A stretch of 64,000 nt of DNA from the NCBI GenBank assembly GCA_965223545.1, contig OZ245006.1:6016001-6080000 (forward strand), read 5' to 3'. The position numbers and the translations under genes are program-made. The DNA is from Planctomycetota bacterium (GTDB lineage Bacteria; Planctomycetota; UBA1135; UBA2386). Positions 27,885 to 38,300 of this stretch are shown here, in pieces (position 1 is the stretch's first letter; the number at the start of each line of letters is the position of its first letter). The notes beneath the pieces are model-generated. The model was not told the DNA's origin. It did not search any database and worked only from the letters and a program-made list of their open reading frames with translations.

Positions 27885-28987
27885 TGCAGGCACGCGTCGG
27901 TTGGTCGCCCCGCGCCGAGATCGATTGGCTGATGGCCGCGGTGATCGCGCTGTGCTGCTTCGGCCTGCTGATGGCGGTGTCGATCCATGGGCCGCAGCCC
28001 GATGTCGGCGTCGCCAAGGCGCTGCAGGATCAGGGCACCAAGCTGTTCGTCGGCGTCGCGGTGTTCTTGGTGGCGGTCATGCTGCCGCTGTCCTGGTACC
28101 GCGCCGCGGCGAAGCCGCTGCTGTTCGGCTCGATCGCCGCCTGCGGCGCGGCGCTGCTCTTCGACGATGTCAACGGGGCGCGCCGTTGGATTCGCATCGG
28201 CGCGCAGAGCTTCCAGCCGGTCGAGCTGGCCCGCTTCGGACTGATCTTGTACGCGGCATCGTGGATCGCCGACCGCGGCGACGACGTGCGCAGGTTTCGC
28301 AGCGGCTTCGTCGCCCTGATGGGGCCGGCGGTCGTGCTGGCACTGATTCTGATCGCGCAGCCGGACGTCGGCAACGCGATGTTCGCGCTCGCCATCGCCG
28401 CCGTGATGGCGCTGGTCGGTGGGGTGCGCTTGTGGCACTTCTTGCTGATCGGCCTACCGCTCGCCGTCCCAGTGCTGATGTGGGTGTTGACCCACGCGCA
28501 CGTGCGGGATCGGCTGACCGGATTTCTCGAGGTGCAAGCCGGCAGCCAGGTCTGGCAGGGACTGGTCGCGATCGCCTCCGGTGGTTTGCTCGGCAACGGG
28601 GTCGGCGGCGGCTGGATGAAGATGGGCTTCGTGCCCGAGGCCGGCAACGACTTCGTGTTCGCGGTCCTCGGCGAGGAGCTCGGCCTGGTCGGCGGCGTCA
28701 TCGTGGTGGCGCTGTACGCCGTCGTCGGCGCGGTCGGTCTGCGGCTGTTCTTGCGGCTCACCGATCCGTTTCACCGGTTGGTGGTGCTCGGCTTCTCGTT
28801 CGCGATCTGCATGCAGGCCGCGATCAACATGCTCGTGGTGACCGGCATGGCGCCGGCCAAGGGCATCGATCTTCCATTCCTGAGCTCGGGAGGGACCAAC
28901 CTGGTCTTCTCCCTGGCGGCAATCGGCATCATTGGCAACGCGGCGCGGTCGGACTCGGAGGTCGGCGCCGCATCTTGGGAGGACTGA
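27884..28987 (+). CDS. ftsW: SEDS glycosyltransferase FtsW
   Basis: NGARRWI, FQPVELAR, QPDVG, PEAGNDFVFAVLGEELG, PAKGIDLPFLSSGG. Confidence 0.92.
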   Translation: MQARVGWSPRAEIDWLMAAVIALCCFGLLMAVSIHGPQPDVGVAKALQDQGTKLFVGVAVFLVAVMLPLSWYRAAAKPLLFGSIAACGAALLFDDVNGARRWIRIGAQSFQPVELARFGLILYAASWIADRGDDVRRFRSGFVALMGPAVVLALILIAQPDVGNAMFALAIAAVMALVGGVRLWHFLLIGLPLAVPVLMWVLTHAHVRDRLTGFLEVQAGSQVWQGLVAIASGGLLGNGVGGGWMKMGFVPEAGNDFVFAVLGEELGLVGGVIVVALYAVVGAVGLRLFLRLTDPFHRLVVLGFSFAICMQAAINMLVVTGMAPAKGIDLPFLSSGGTNLVFSLAAIGIIGNAARSDSEVGAASWED

Positions 28988-28990
28988 AGA

Positions 28991-29713
28991 ATGGGACAAC
29001 TCGAGCGATACGGTCTCTACGTGCTGTGCCTACTGATCGTCTTGATCATGGGCGTGACGATTTGGGGCGGCGAGCCGATGCCGCCGGCGGACACGCATCT
29101 CGACGTTCGCGAGGGCGCCGCCGCACAAACCGCCATCGAGGAAGAGCCGCTGATCCTGCCGCAGCCGGAGGAGGGCTTCTTCGACCCGGTGCAGAACCCG
29201 GCGCCGCGGGTGCTGGAGTCACTGCCGCCGACGATCGCCGACGCCGATCTGGACTCGACCTCGGTGCCGGTGCCGGCGCCGGCATCGGCGGCGCCGACTC
29301 CGCGCGCGGAAGCTCCGGCCGCCGTCGCCCGCACCTACGAGGTGCAGCCGGGAGACAGCTTCTCGGAGATCGCGAGCGCCGAGCTGGGCTCGGTGCGCTA
29401 CACGGATGACATCGCGCGCGCCAACCCGGGCGTGGACTCCCGCAAGCTGCGGCCGGGCATGGTGCTCAACCTGCCCGCGGTGAGTGGCAAGGGCGGCGGC
29501 GCCAAGGGCAGCCAAGCCGGCGGCGGCAGCAAGCCCGCGCGCAAGGATGGCTGGGTCGACTACAAGGTGCGACCCGGCGACAATCCCTCCAAGATCTCCG
29601 AGACGTTCTACGGCACACCCAAGCACGCCGAGCGGATCATGGCGGCAAACAACATCGTCGACGCAACCAAGCTCCGGCCCGAGCAAGTGCTGCGCATTCC
29701 GCCGGTCCGCTGA
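28991..29713 (+). CDS. membrane-anchored double-LysM protein
   Basis: N-terminal TM, Pro/acidic linker, two LysM domains (YEVQPGDSFSEIA...; YKVRPGDNPSKIS...LRIP). Confidence 0.85.
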   Translation: MGQLERYGLYVLCLLIVLIMGVTIWGGEPMPPADTHLDVREGAAAQTAIEEEPLILPQPEEGFFDPVQNPAPRVLESLPPTIADADLDSTSVPVPAPASAAPTPRAEAPAAVARTYEVQPGDSFSEIASAELGSVRYTDDIARANPGVDSRKLRPGMVLNLPAVSGKGGGAKGSQAGGGSKPARKDGWVDYKVRPGDNPSKISETFYGTPKHAERIMAANNIVDATKLRPEQVLRIPPVR

Positions 29714-29731
29714 GCGAGCGGTTGGCAGAGA

Positions 29732-30841
29732 ATGGTCGTGCACGTTTGCCTGGTGAGCGGTGGCACTGGCGGGCACCTGTTGCCCGCGGCGGTGCTGGCG
29801 CGCGCCATGCGCGAGGCGGGGCACGATCCGGTCGTGCTGACCGAGGGGCGGGCGGCCGAGCACGCGCTGCTGCAGCATCTGAACTGCCGCGCCGAGTGCT
29901 TGTCGTCGAGAAGCGGACGGAGCTCGGTGCTCGGCTTGATGCGGGCGACGGTGCGCGCGCGCCAGTTCTTGCGCGATGAACGCACCGACCTGGTGATCGG
30001 CACCGGTGGTCGCGCCACAGTGCCGGTCGTGTTGGCGGCGCGCAGCCTCGGTGTTCCGTTCGCGCTGATGGAGCAGAACGCGGTGGCCGGCCGCGCCAAC
30101 CGCCTGCTGTCGCGGTTCGCGCGCCGGGTCTATTTGGGGTTGCCGGTCGCGGCGGCGCCGCGCCGCGCGCTGTTGACGGGGACCCCGGTGCGCGCCGAGC
30201 TCGGCGGCATCGAGCGGAATGCCGCGCGCCGCAGCTTGGGCCTCGACCCGGCTCTGCCGGTGGTGCTGGTCACCGGCGGCAGCCAGGGCGCACAGGTGCT
30301 CAACGACACCGTGCCGGCCGCGTTGGTCTCCCTGCGCCGTCCGCTGCAGGTCGTCCATCTCGCGGGGGCCGGGCACGACGCACAAGTGCGCGCCCGCTAC
30401 ACCGAGGCAGAGGCGGACGGGCTCACGGCGGTGGTGCGCAGCTACGCGGGCGACATGCCCTCTCTCTACGCGGCCGCCGACCTGGTCATCTGTCGCGGTG
30501 GCGGCAGCACGGTGGCCGAGCTGTGCGCGGCCGGCCGCGGCGCCATCATCGTGCCCTATCCTCATCACCGGGACCGGCAGCAGCTGGTCAACGCGCGGAT
30601 TCTCGAGCAGAGCGGCGCGGCGGTCGTCGTCGAGCAGGGCGCGCTCTCGGCAGAGGGCTTGGCCGCGCTGACGGACCGGTTGTTGGTGAGCGGCGAAGTC
30701 GCCACCATGGGGCAGCGCGCCGAGTCGTTGGCTCGGCGCGACTCCTGCCACCGCATCATGGCCGATCTCGGCCTGAGTGGAGCGGTGTCGAGCGAGCGCC
30801 TCGGTGGCGGCGCGGCCGGCGCGGAGGTGGGGGAGAACTGA
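29732..30841 (+). CDS. murG: lipid II GlcNAc transferase MurG
   Basis: GGTGGH, EQNAVAGRANR, GGSQGA, ADLVICRGGGSTVAE, Q..NA. Confidence 0.95.
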   Translation: MVVHVCLVSGGTGGHLLPAAVLARAMREAGHDPVVLTEGRAAEHALLQHLNCRAECLSSRSGRSSVLGLMRATVRARQFLRDERTDLVIGTGGRATVPVVLAARSLGVPFALMEQNAVAGRANRLLSRFARRVYLGLPVAAAPRRALLTGTPVRAELGGIERNAARRSLGLDPALPVVLVTGGSQGAQVLNDTVPAALVSLRRPLQVVHLAGAGHDAQVRARYTEAEADGLTAVVRSYAGDMPSLYAAADLVICRGGGSTVAELCAAGRGAIIVPYPHHRDRQQLVNARILEQSGAAVVVEQGALSAEGLAALTDRLLVSGEVATMGQRAESLARRDSCHRIMADLGLSGAVSSERLGGGAAGAEVGEN

Positions 30842-32229
30842 TGGTGGCGTTCGGCGAGTTGCTGCCGCAGCGGGCGCATCTGGTCGGTGTCGCCGGGGCG
30901 GGCATGTCCGGCTTGGCGCGCTTGCTGCGCGGCGTCGGCGTCGCGGTGACCGGCAGCGACGCGGCGGTTTCGCCGGGGTTGCGGGCTCTGCAAGACGAGC
31001 GCTTCGCGGTGTGGGACGGTTGTGCTCCCGGCCGCGTGCCGCGCGGCCCCGGCTGGGTGGTGCGCTCGGCGGCGGTTCCCGGTGACGATGCCGAGGTGCG
31101 CGCGTGCGCGCAGCGCGGCTTGACGCCGTTGTTGTACGCGCAGGCGATCGGCCGGCTGTCGGCGGCGATGCGCACGCTCGCGGTGGCGGGCGCGCACGGC
31201 AAGACGTCGACCACCGCGCTGTTGGCCGCGGCTCTGCGCGGTGGCGGCATCGACGCGTCCTATCTGGTGGGTGGCGAGCTGCCGGCGCTGGGTGGCAACG
31301 GGCACGGTGGCCGCAGCGAATGGCTGGCGGTCGAGGCCTGTGAGTTCAACCGCTCGTTCCACGAGCTGCGGCCGGCGGCAGCCGCCGTGCTGAATCTCGA
31401 CCACGACCACTTCGATTGCTACCCGACGGCGGAAGCGCTGCTGGCGTCGTTCGCCGAGTTCGGCAACCGGGTGGTCGCAGGCGGCGTGCTGCTGGTGCCG
31501 GCGGATGCGCCGGCACCGCTGACCGCGGGGGTGTCGCCGGATGTCGAGGTGTGGCGCGTCGGTGTGGAGCCGAACGCCGATCTCCGGGCAGAGGCAGTGG
31601 AGCAGGTCGACGGGCGTTTCGCGTTCGAACCGCGCCTGCACAATCGCGCACTGCCGCGCCTCCAGCTCGCGGTCCCGGGGCGGTTCCAAGTGGACAACGC
31701 GCTGTTCGCGTTGGGGTTGGCGCTGTGGGCCGGTGCCGACGCGGGCGGCGCGGTGGATGGCATCGCCGGTTTTCGCGGTGTGCGGCGGCGGTTCGAGCTA
31801 CGCCGCGGGCAGCAGCGCGGCGTGGAGATCATCGACGACTACGCGCACCACCCGACCGAGTTGGCGGCGGTCGCCAGCGCCGCGCGGCAGCGGTTTCCCG
31901 GGAGGCGACTGCTGTGCGCCTTCCAGCCGCATCAACACCAGCGCACGGCGGCGCTGCTGCCGCAGTTCGCGGCCGCGTTGGCACAGTTCGACCAGACCCT
32001 GATCACCGAGATCTACGCGGCGCGCGAGACCGACGCGCACCGTCGGTTGGCGTCCGCCGCCGGGTTGGCGGCCGCCGTGTGCGCCGCGGGCGGCCGCAGT
32101 GCCGCGGCGGGGACGGTCGCCGAGCTGCCGGCGCGCGTCGCCGCCGAGTATCGCGCCGACGACGTGGTGGTCATCTTGGGCGCGGGAGACATCGAGCAGG
32201 CGGTGGAGCATGTCGTTGCGCGACTCTGA
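30841..32229 (+). CDS. murC: UDP-MurNAc-L-Ala ligase MurC
   Basis: GVAGAGMSGLA, VTGSD, AGAHGKTSTT, DHDHFDCY, DDYAHHPTE, FQPH, GAGDI. Confidence 0.92.
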   Translation: MVAFGELLPQRAHLVGVAGAGMSGLARLLRGVGVAVTGSDAAVSPGLRALQDERFAVWDGCAPGRVPRGPGWVVRSAAVPGDDAEVRACAQRGLTPLLYAQAIGRLSAAMRTLAVAGAHGKTSTTALLAAALRGGGIDASYLVGGELPALGGNGHGGRSEWLAVEACEFNRSFHELRPAAAAVLNLDHDHFDCYPTAEALLASFAEFGNRVVAGGVLLVPADAPAPLTAGVSPDVEVWRVGVEPNADLRAEAVEQVDGRFAFEPRLHNRALPRLQLAVPGRFQVDNALFALGLALWAGADAGGAVDGIAGFRGVRRRFELRRGQQRGVEIIDDYAHHPTELAAVASAARQRFPGRRLLCAFQPHQHQRTAALLPQFAAALAQFDQTLITEIYAARETDAHRRLASAAGLAAAVCAAGGRSAAAGTVAELPARVAAEYRADDVVVILGAGDIEQAVEHVVARL

Positions 32230-33109
32230 GCTGCGCAGTGCGCTGCAGCACGACCAGTGCGTGGTCCGTGAGAACGTGCCCCTGGCGCCGTTGACCCACG
32301 TGCGGCTCGGCGGCCCGGCGCGCTTCTTTCTGGAGCCGCTGACCGAGACCGCGGTGGCGGTCGCGGTGCGCACTTGCCGCGAGCTCGAGATCCCGCTGCA
32401 CACGCTGGGTGGCGGCAGCAACTTGGTCGTCGCCGACGCGGGGGTGTCGGGCGCGGTGATGTCGCTCGCCAAGCTCAGCCGCCTGGTGCGAGACGGCGAT
32501 TCGATCGAGGCCGGTGCCGGCGTCGGCTTGCCGACGTTGATGCGCGCGGCGCGCGAGCTCGGCCTGGGCGGGCTCGAGGTCCTCTGCGGGATCCCCGCCG
32601 TCGTCGGTGGCGCGGTGAAGATGAACGCGGGCACGCGCGACGGCGAGGTGTTCGACGTGCTCGCGCGGGTGACCATCGTCGACGCGCACGGCGAGGTCAC
32701 GGTGGTCGAGCGCAGCGATTGCACGCCTTCCTACCGAAGCGGCGGACTCGGCGACGCCACCGTCTTGAGCGCGACGTTCGCGCTCTCAGAGGACGACCCC
32801 GACGCGATCATGGCGCGGTTCGAGGCGTCGCTGCGCCGGCGCAACGCGACGCAGCCGGTGTCCGAGCGCAGCGTCGGCTGTGTGTTTCGCAACCCCGCCG
32901 GCGGCTCCGCGGGCCAGCTCATCGAGCGCGCGGGGTGCAAAGCCATGCGCCGTGGCGGTGTCAGCGTGAGCGGCCTGCACGCCAACTACTTCGTCAACGA
33001 CCGATCCGGCACGTGCGCCGATTTCCGCGCGCTGATGGACGCAGTGGCCGAGCGAGTGTTGACCGAGACCGGGGAGCAGCTGGTTCCCGAAGTGGTCTTT
33101 TGGGAGTGA
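32210..33109 (+). CDS. murB: UDP-GlcNAc-enolpyruvate reductase MurB
   Basis: LGGPA, GGGSNLVV, GIPAVVGGAVKMNAG, GCVFRNP, HANYFVN, LVPEV. Confidence 0.95.
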   Translation: MSLRDSELRSALQHDQCVVRENVPLAPLTHVRLGGPARFFLEPLTETAVAVAVRTCRELEIPLHTLGGGSNLVVADAGVSGAVMSLAKLSRLVRDGDSIEAGAGVGLPTLMRAARELGLGGLEVLCGIPAVVGGAVKMNAGTRDGEVFDVLARVTIVDAHGEVTVVERSDCTPSYRSGGLGDATVLSATFALSEDDPDAIMARFEASLRRRNATQPVSERSVGCVFRNPAGGSAGQLIERAGCKAMRRGGVSVSGLHANYFVNDRSGTCADFRALMDAVAERVLTETGEQLVPEVVFWE

Positions 33110-33136
33110 GGGGGCGTCGCGGTGAGGGCGCGGTGA

Positions 33137-33165
33137 AGCGAGAAAAACGAGCCTGACACCGTACT
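33137..33165 (+). repeat. 29-bp REP-like intergenic repeat, copy 3
   Basis: agcgagaaaaacgagcctgacaccgtact, between the convergent murB and methyltransferase stops. Confidence 0.75.
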
Positions 33166-34154
33166 TATCGTTTGAGGAGGATGGCGTCTTGGTGGGTGCC
33201 GTGGGCGTTGGTGAGGGTGCGCTCGGGCTGGAGGATGCGGCCCCAGGCGGCTTTGACGTAGTCGGTGTGGTGGAAGACGTTGGTGTTGAAGACGCGGGCG
33301 CGCGGATCGACGACGACGACCCGGTCGGTTGGCATCGGCGTGCCGAACAGCTCCGGTGTGACGGGGCGGCCGCCGAGCTGTGGAACGTGGTGGCGTTGCT
33401 CGGTGAGGTAGTGCGTGAGGAAGTGATCGGGGTGCGCCATCAGCTGCCAGGTGCGTTCCGAGTGGAAGGTGAGCAGGGCTCGCCCACCGGGGCGCAGGAC
33501 GCGCCGGAGCTCCAGCAGCCAGCCCTCTTCGTATTCGTCGATGTGGGTGAAGACCGAGAAGGCGCTGATCAGATCGAGGGAGCCGTCGGCGAACGGCAGC
33601 TGGGGCAGCACTGAGGTCTGCGCGACGATCGCGTTGGCCGGCAAGTGTTGCCGCGCCCAGGCCACGCTGTTTCGGTTGATCTCGGCGCCCAGCACGTGGG
33701 TGTCGGGGTGGGCGGCCGCGAAGTGGCGTAAGACCCTTCCGCTGCTGCAGCCGAGATCGAGGAAGCCGCGGTCCGGCACGCCGTCCGGCAACAGCTCGCT
33801 CAGCAGCAGGTAGTCGCCGACGCCACTGAGCCAGTAGGTCAGGTGCCGGTCGCCGTGATAGCCCTCGCGGTCACCCGGGCGCGGGATCGGCCAGGTGTCG
33901 CGCTCGATCCACGCGCGGATCTGCGCGGTCGACAGGGTGCGTACCTGCCGGGCGCTCTCGCACGGCGACAGGTAGGACAGGGCGAGGTCGATGGCCGTGG
34001 CGAGATCGACGCCGCGGTCGAGCTCGGCGCAGGCCGCGATCGGCGGCAGGGGCGTGCCGGGCGGTTCGGCTGGTTCGACCGTGATCGGCGTCGGGCCCGG
34101 CGGGGCGGAGCCGGGTGAGAGCCACTTGCGCAGGCGCGAACGGAGGAAGGCCAA
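33165..34154 (-). CDS. class I SAM-dependent methyltransferase
   Basis: FLDLGCSSGRVLRHF, DLISAFSVFTH, WLLELRRVLRPGG; start uncertain. Confidence 0.85.
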   Translation of the reverse strand: MAFLRSRLRKWLSPGSAPPGPTPITVEPAEPPGTPLPPIAACAELDRGVDLATAIDLALSYLSPCESARQVRTLSTAQIRAWIERDTWPIPRPGDREGYHGDRHLTYWLSGVGDYLLLSELLPDGVPDRGFLDLGCSSGRVLRHFAAAHPDTHVLGAEINRNSVAWARQHLPANAIVAQTSVLPQLPFADGSLDLISAFSVFTHIDEYEEGWLLELRRVLRPGGRALLTFHSERTWQLMAHPDHFLTHYLTEQRHHVPQLGGRPVTPELFGTPMPTDRVVVVDPRARVFNTNVFHHTDYVKAAWGRILQPERTLTNAHGTHQDAILLKR

Positions 34155-34229
34155 GACCGCGACCAGAGTAGGCGGTGGGCACAGGGGTTGCGAAGCCCCG
34201 CGGTGCGATTGCCCTGCGCGGTCGCGGAC

Positions 34230-35390
34230 CTATGCGCGGCGGGAGCGCGCGAGCAGCGTCAGCCCGAGCGCGATCGCGCTGATCCAGCACAGGCGCAGGG
34301 CCCACTCCCCGCCGGTGGAAGGCATCCGGAGCGCATCGCGTCCGGCCGTCGCGGCGGTTGGTGCGTCGGTGACTTGTCCTGGCAACGCGCGCAGGCATGG
34401 ACTGTCGCTCTGCTGCAGGCGGTCGATGGCGCGCCGGCGCGTCTCCGCGCTGGCGCGGCCGAAGAGGGTCCAGACCGCGGCGATCGCCACTGGCTCCGAC
34501 ATCGCGATGTCGCGATCGGCGGCGGCGATCACCTCGGGCAAGACTTCGGCGTCGCCGCGCCGCACCAGAGCGGCCATCGCGGTGACCCGGGCTTCGTCGG
34601 TGGCGTACAGCAGCCGCTCGAGCGCGTCCGCCGCCGAGGGGGAGCGACTCAATGCGAGTTGCCGCGCCGCCTCGGCGCGGTCGGCGCCGCGCGCGCACCG
34701 TGCCGCCAACACCCAGGGGTCGCCGCGGTCAGCGGACCCTCCCGAGCGCGTCGCGAGCGCGACCAGCAGCATCGGCAGGGAGAGCCCACCTTCGCTGTGG
34801 CCAACGAGATCCGGCGCTCCGGCCGCCGTGGGCCGGGCGTAGGTCAACGGACCGCACATCGCCGGCCCCAGCCGCAGCAGGTGCGCCTTGGGATCGTCGT
34901 GGTCGGCGACTGCCGCGGTGTTGCCGACCAAAGCGGCGGTCTCGACGGCGGCAGCCGTCGTCGACGGGCGCAGGCCGAGCGACCGCAACCAGGCGAACAT
35001 CGCGTCGCGATCGCTGGCGTACCACTCCTCGCGGCCATCGGGCGTGGCGCGCAGGCGGATCGAGCAGCCGCCTTCGAGGGTGATGACTCCCTCGACGGCG
35101 GCGTCGGCGGGCGGGGTGACGGCCGCCGCGGTGGTCAGTCCGCGGTGGTCCGCGGTGATCTCCAGCGCCGCGGTCAGCCGTTCGACCGACAGCCCGGTGT
35201 GCGCGGCGAGCGCCTGCCGGCGGGCCCAGCTCCAAGCGCTCGGGCCGGCGTCGGTCGCCAGCTGCAGCTGCATCGACCGCAGCTGGGGTGCCTGGGCGGT
35301 CGCGGCCGACGCGACGGCGCACGCGATCGCCACCAGACCGGTTGCCCGCCTGTTGCCGACCCCCGGCGCGCTGCGCGGCGGCCGCGCCAC
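34230..35390 (-). CDS. exported HEAT-like protein with C-terminal TM anchor
   Basis: Signal peptide, helical repeats (RAEAARQLA, ARVTAMAALVR), C-terminal hydrophobic helix followed by RSRR; start overlaps the upstream stop. Confidence 0.55.
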   Translation of the reverse strand: MARPPRSAPGVGNRRATGLVAIACAVASAATAQAPQLRSMQLQLATDAGPSAWSWARRQALAAHTGLSVERLTAALEITADHRGLTTAAAVTPPADAAVEGVITLEGGCSIRLRATPDGREEWYASDRDAMFAWLRSLGLRPSTTAAAVETAALVGNTAAVADHDDPKAHLLRLGPAMCGPLTYARPTAAGAPDLVGHSEGGLSLPMLLVALATRSGGSADRGDPWVLAARCARGADRAEAARQLALSRSPSAADALERLLYATDEARVTAMAALVRRGDAEVLPEVIAAADRDIAMSEPVAIAAVWTLFGRASAETRRRAIDRLQQSDSPCLRALPGQVTDAPTAATAGRDALRMPSTGGEWALRLCWISAIALGLTLLARSRRA

Positions 35391-38300
35391 TACGACCTCG
35401 GCTCGTCTTCCAGGTCGAGGTCCCAGCCGTCGTCGCCGTCGGTGGCGACCGCTGCTTCGGCTTCGCCCTGTTCGGCTTCCGCGTCGAACACGGGCGCCGG
35501 CGCGTCTTCCAGCTCGGCGTCCTCGTCGTCGCCGTAGTCGCTGTCGTCGTCGTAGTCCTCGTAATCCTCGTCTTCGGCGCCGTCGTCGTAATCGCCTTCC
35601 AGGTCGTCCTCGTGCTCCGCGTGCGCTGCCTCGAGCTCGTCCTCTGCCTCGGCCCGTCGCCGGCTCCGGCGGCGGAGGAAGAACAGGCCGAACAGGCCCA
35701 CGACCAGCGCGGCGCCGCCGGCCCCGAGGGCCAGCGTGGTGCGCGACGGGGTCTTGCTCGCGGCACTGCCCGGGGTCGCGGGGGTAGTGCCGGCCTGCGC
35801 CGCCTCGATGCCGCGCACGGCCATCGCGGCCAGCGCGCGGAGCTGGCCATCCTCGTCGTCGGTCGCGCGGCGCTGCAGCTGCGGCAGCGCCGCCGTGGAG
35901 TGCGAGCCCAGCTCGGCGAGCCGCTGCATCGCGTAGCGCCGGACGGCGGCCGCGGGGTGGCCGGTGGCCTTGCCCAGCTCGGTCACCTCGGCCGGCGGTG
36001 CCAGCTTGGGCGACAAGACCTGGAACAGGTAGGCCAACGCCTTCATCTCGTGGGCGTCCTCTGCCCGCACACTTGCCGCGGCGGGGGCCAAGCAGGCCGC
36101 GTCGCCGATGTCGGCCAGCGCCACCAGCGCGGCGACCCGGTCGCGCCGGTCACTGCCCGCCTCGCGCTCCAGCAGCGCCAGCAGGCCTTCGATGGCCTCG
36201 GTGGCTCGCAGCTGGCCGAGGGTGTTGGCGGCCAGCGTTCGCAGCGCTGCGTTGTTGCTGAGCAGCCCCTGGATCACGGCCTTGCTCGATCGCTGGTCGG
36301 CGATCTTGTTGAGCGCGACCATCGCCTGCAGCCGCACGGCCTCTTCGGGATGCGCGGTGAGCGCCTCGCACAGGTCGGGCACGGCGTCGAGAGCGCGCAG
36401 CTCGCCGAGTGCGAAGGCGGCCCGGCAGGCGACGGCGGGGTTGCTGTGGTGCAGGGCGTCGACGACGCGCTGCGGCACGGTGGCGATGCCGCGTTGCTCG
36501 GCCTGCAGAATCGCGCTGAACAGCTCGGTGGAGTCGGCGTGCTCCTCGATGTTGGTCTGCTCGAGGTCGCGCCAGCCGGGCACCATCGAGCCGCCGAACC
36601 GGCCGTCCAGATAGAGGTCGGTCAGCGCCGCGGTCCGCATGCCGAGCGCGGCGGCGATGGCGTCGTTGCCGAGCAGCGGTCGGTTGGGCAGTGAAGCGAG
36701 CACGGTACCGGTGCGTTCGCGGCTGGGCCACGCGAGCACGGCGAAGTAGCGCTCGTCGGCCGTCATCACCTGGTGCATCAGGTACTCACCCGTGCGGAAG
36801 ACACCGTTGTGCTCGGTGGGCAGCAACGCTTCCTGCAGCACGAGGTCGTCCTTGCGCAGCATCTCGAGCGAGGCGAACCGCTCCCGCTCCGTCCACAGCG
36901 CGCGTTGGTTGGAGTGAATACGCAGCAGCGCGGTGCGCACCGACTCGGTCGGCGTCACCGCTTGTTGCCGCAGCGCCTCCTGCCGGGCCGCCATCAGCGA
37001 AGGCATCGCCACCGCGCCGGCCACTGCCAGCCCGCCGGCGGCGTAGATGTTGCCGATGGGCGAGGCGGAGGTCAGCACGACCTCGCGGTCGTCGATCGCC
37101 AACCGGTATTCGGCGTGCCCTTCGATGCGATCGAACTCCTGCGCCAAGGTCTGCACCGCGATCGGGTCCAGGCCGGTGTCGGAGCCGAGGATTGCAGTGC
37201 TCAGCGAGCGCATCGCTTCGCGCAGCGAAGTGCGGCTCACCGAGGTCGTGCCCGGCGGCAGCGTCGCCAGCAGCTCGAGCGCTTCGGAGTTGTCGCGCGG
37301 CTGTTGCAGCTGGTCCAGCGCGGTGTTCATCGTGCGCTCGTTGGCGGCGAACACCAGGTGGTTGTCGGTGAACGAGAGCTGCGGGGCGAAGCCGGGGGGC
37401 AATCCCAACCCGGCGTCGAGCAGGCTGTACACCGTGTTGTCGGCCCGGTCGCGGGTCGACGGGCTGGCTCCCATGCGCTCGAGCAGTCGCTGGAAGGTGC
37501 CGTGCAGACGCTCGGAGTTGCGCAGCTCGAGCAACATCGCGAACTCGGTCGCGTCCTCTTCACCCGGCCACTGCAACGACACGACCTGGTGGCCCAGGGG
37601 CTCCAGGACGTCGGCTTCCAAGCGGATGCCGAGGGCGCCACGCATCCCCTCCAGCGCTTCCTCGGCCATGTCCGCGGCGCGAGGTTCGGCGACGCGCAGT
37701 AGCGCCAGGAGCTGCTCGTAGACGGCGATTGCGTCGATGTGCGCGACCGAGAACGCGCTCACGTCGGGGGGAATCAGGTGCCCCGTGGTTGGCTTGACGG
37801 GCGTCCCCGGTCCGAGCAACGCGCCGAGCAGACCGCGCCTGGGGGCCGGATACGCGAGCCGAAGCTCGTCGCGCAGCAAGCCGTCGCGCGCGTGCACCGT
37901 GAAGCTGATGTCGGCGATCTGATCGAGCTCGAGCGCGCCGACGACGCGTTCGGCGTCGGCGTCGCCCACCATGGCCAGCGCATGCGCGACGATCGCATCG
38001 AAGCGGGCGTAGATCGCCAGCAGAGGTGCACCGCTGCCGGTGGCGCGGGTGACGAAGCTGCGGTAGCCGTCGCCTGCGCCGATCCCATCGTCGGCCGGCC
38101 GAAATCCGGACAGCACGTTCTGCACCAGGCTGGCGGTCGTGCCGGCCACCAGCCGGCCCTCGTGCACGGCGAGGATGATCGGGGCCTCGTCGAGCGTCGA
38201 CCACATCGAGATGCCGTCGAGGTCGGTCGCCTGCAGGGAGGCGTCGGCGCCCTGGGTCGCGTTGTCGAGCGCGGCGGCGACCGCCTCGCTGTGCGCGCCC

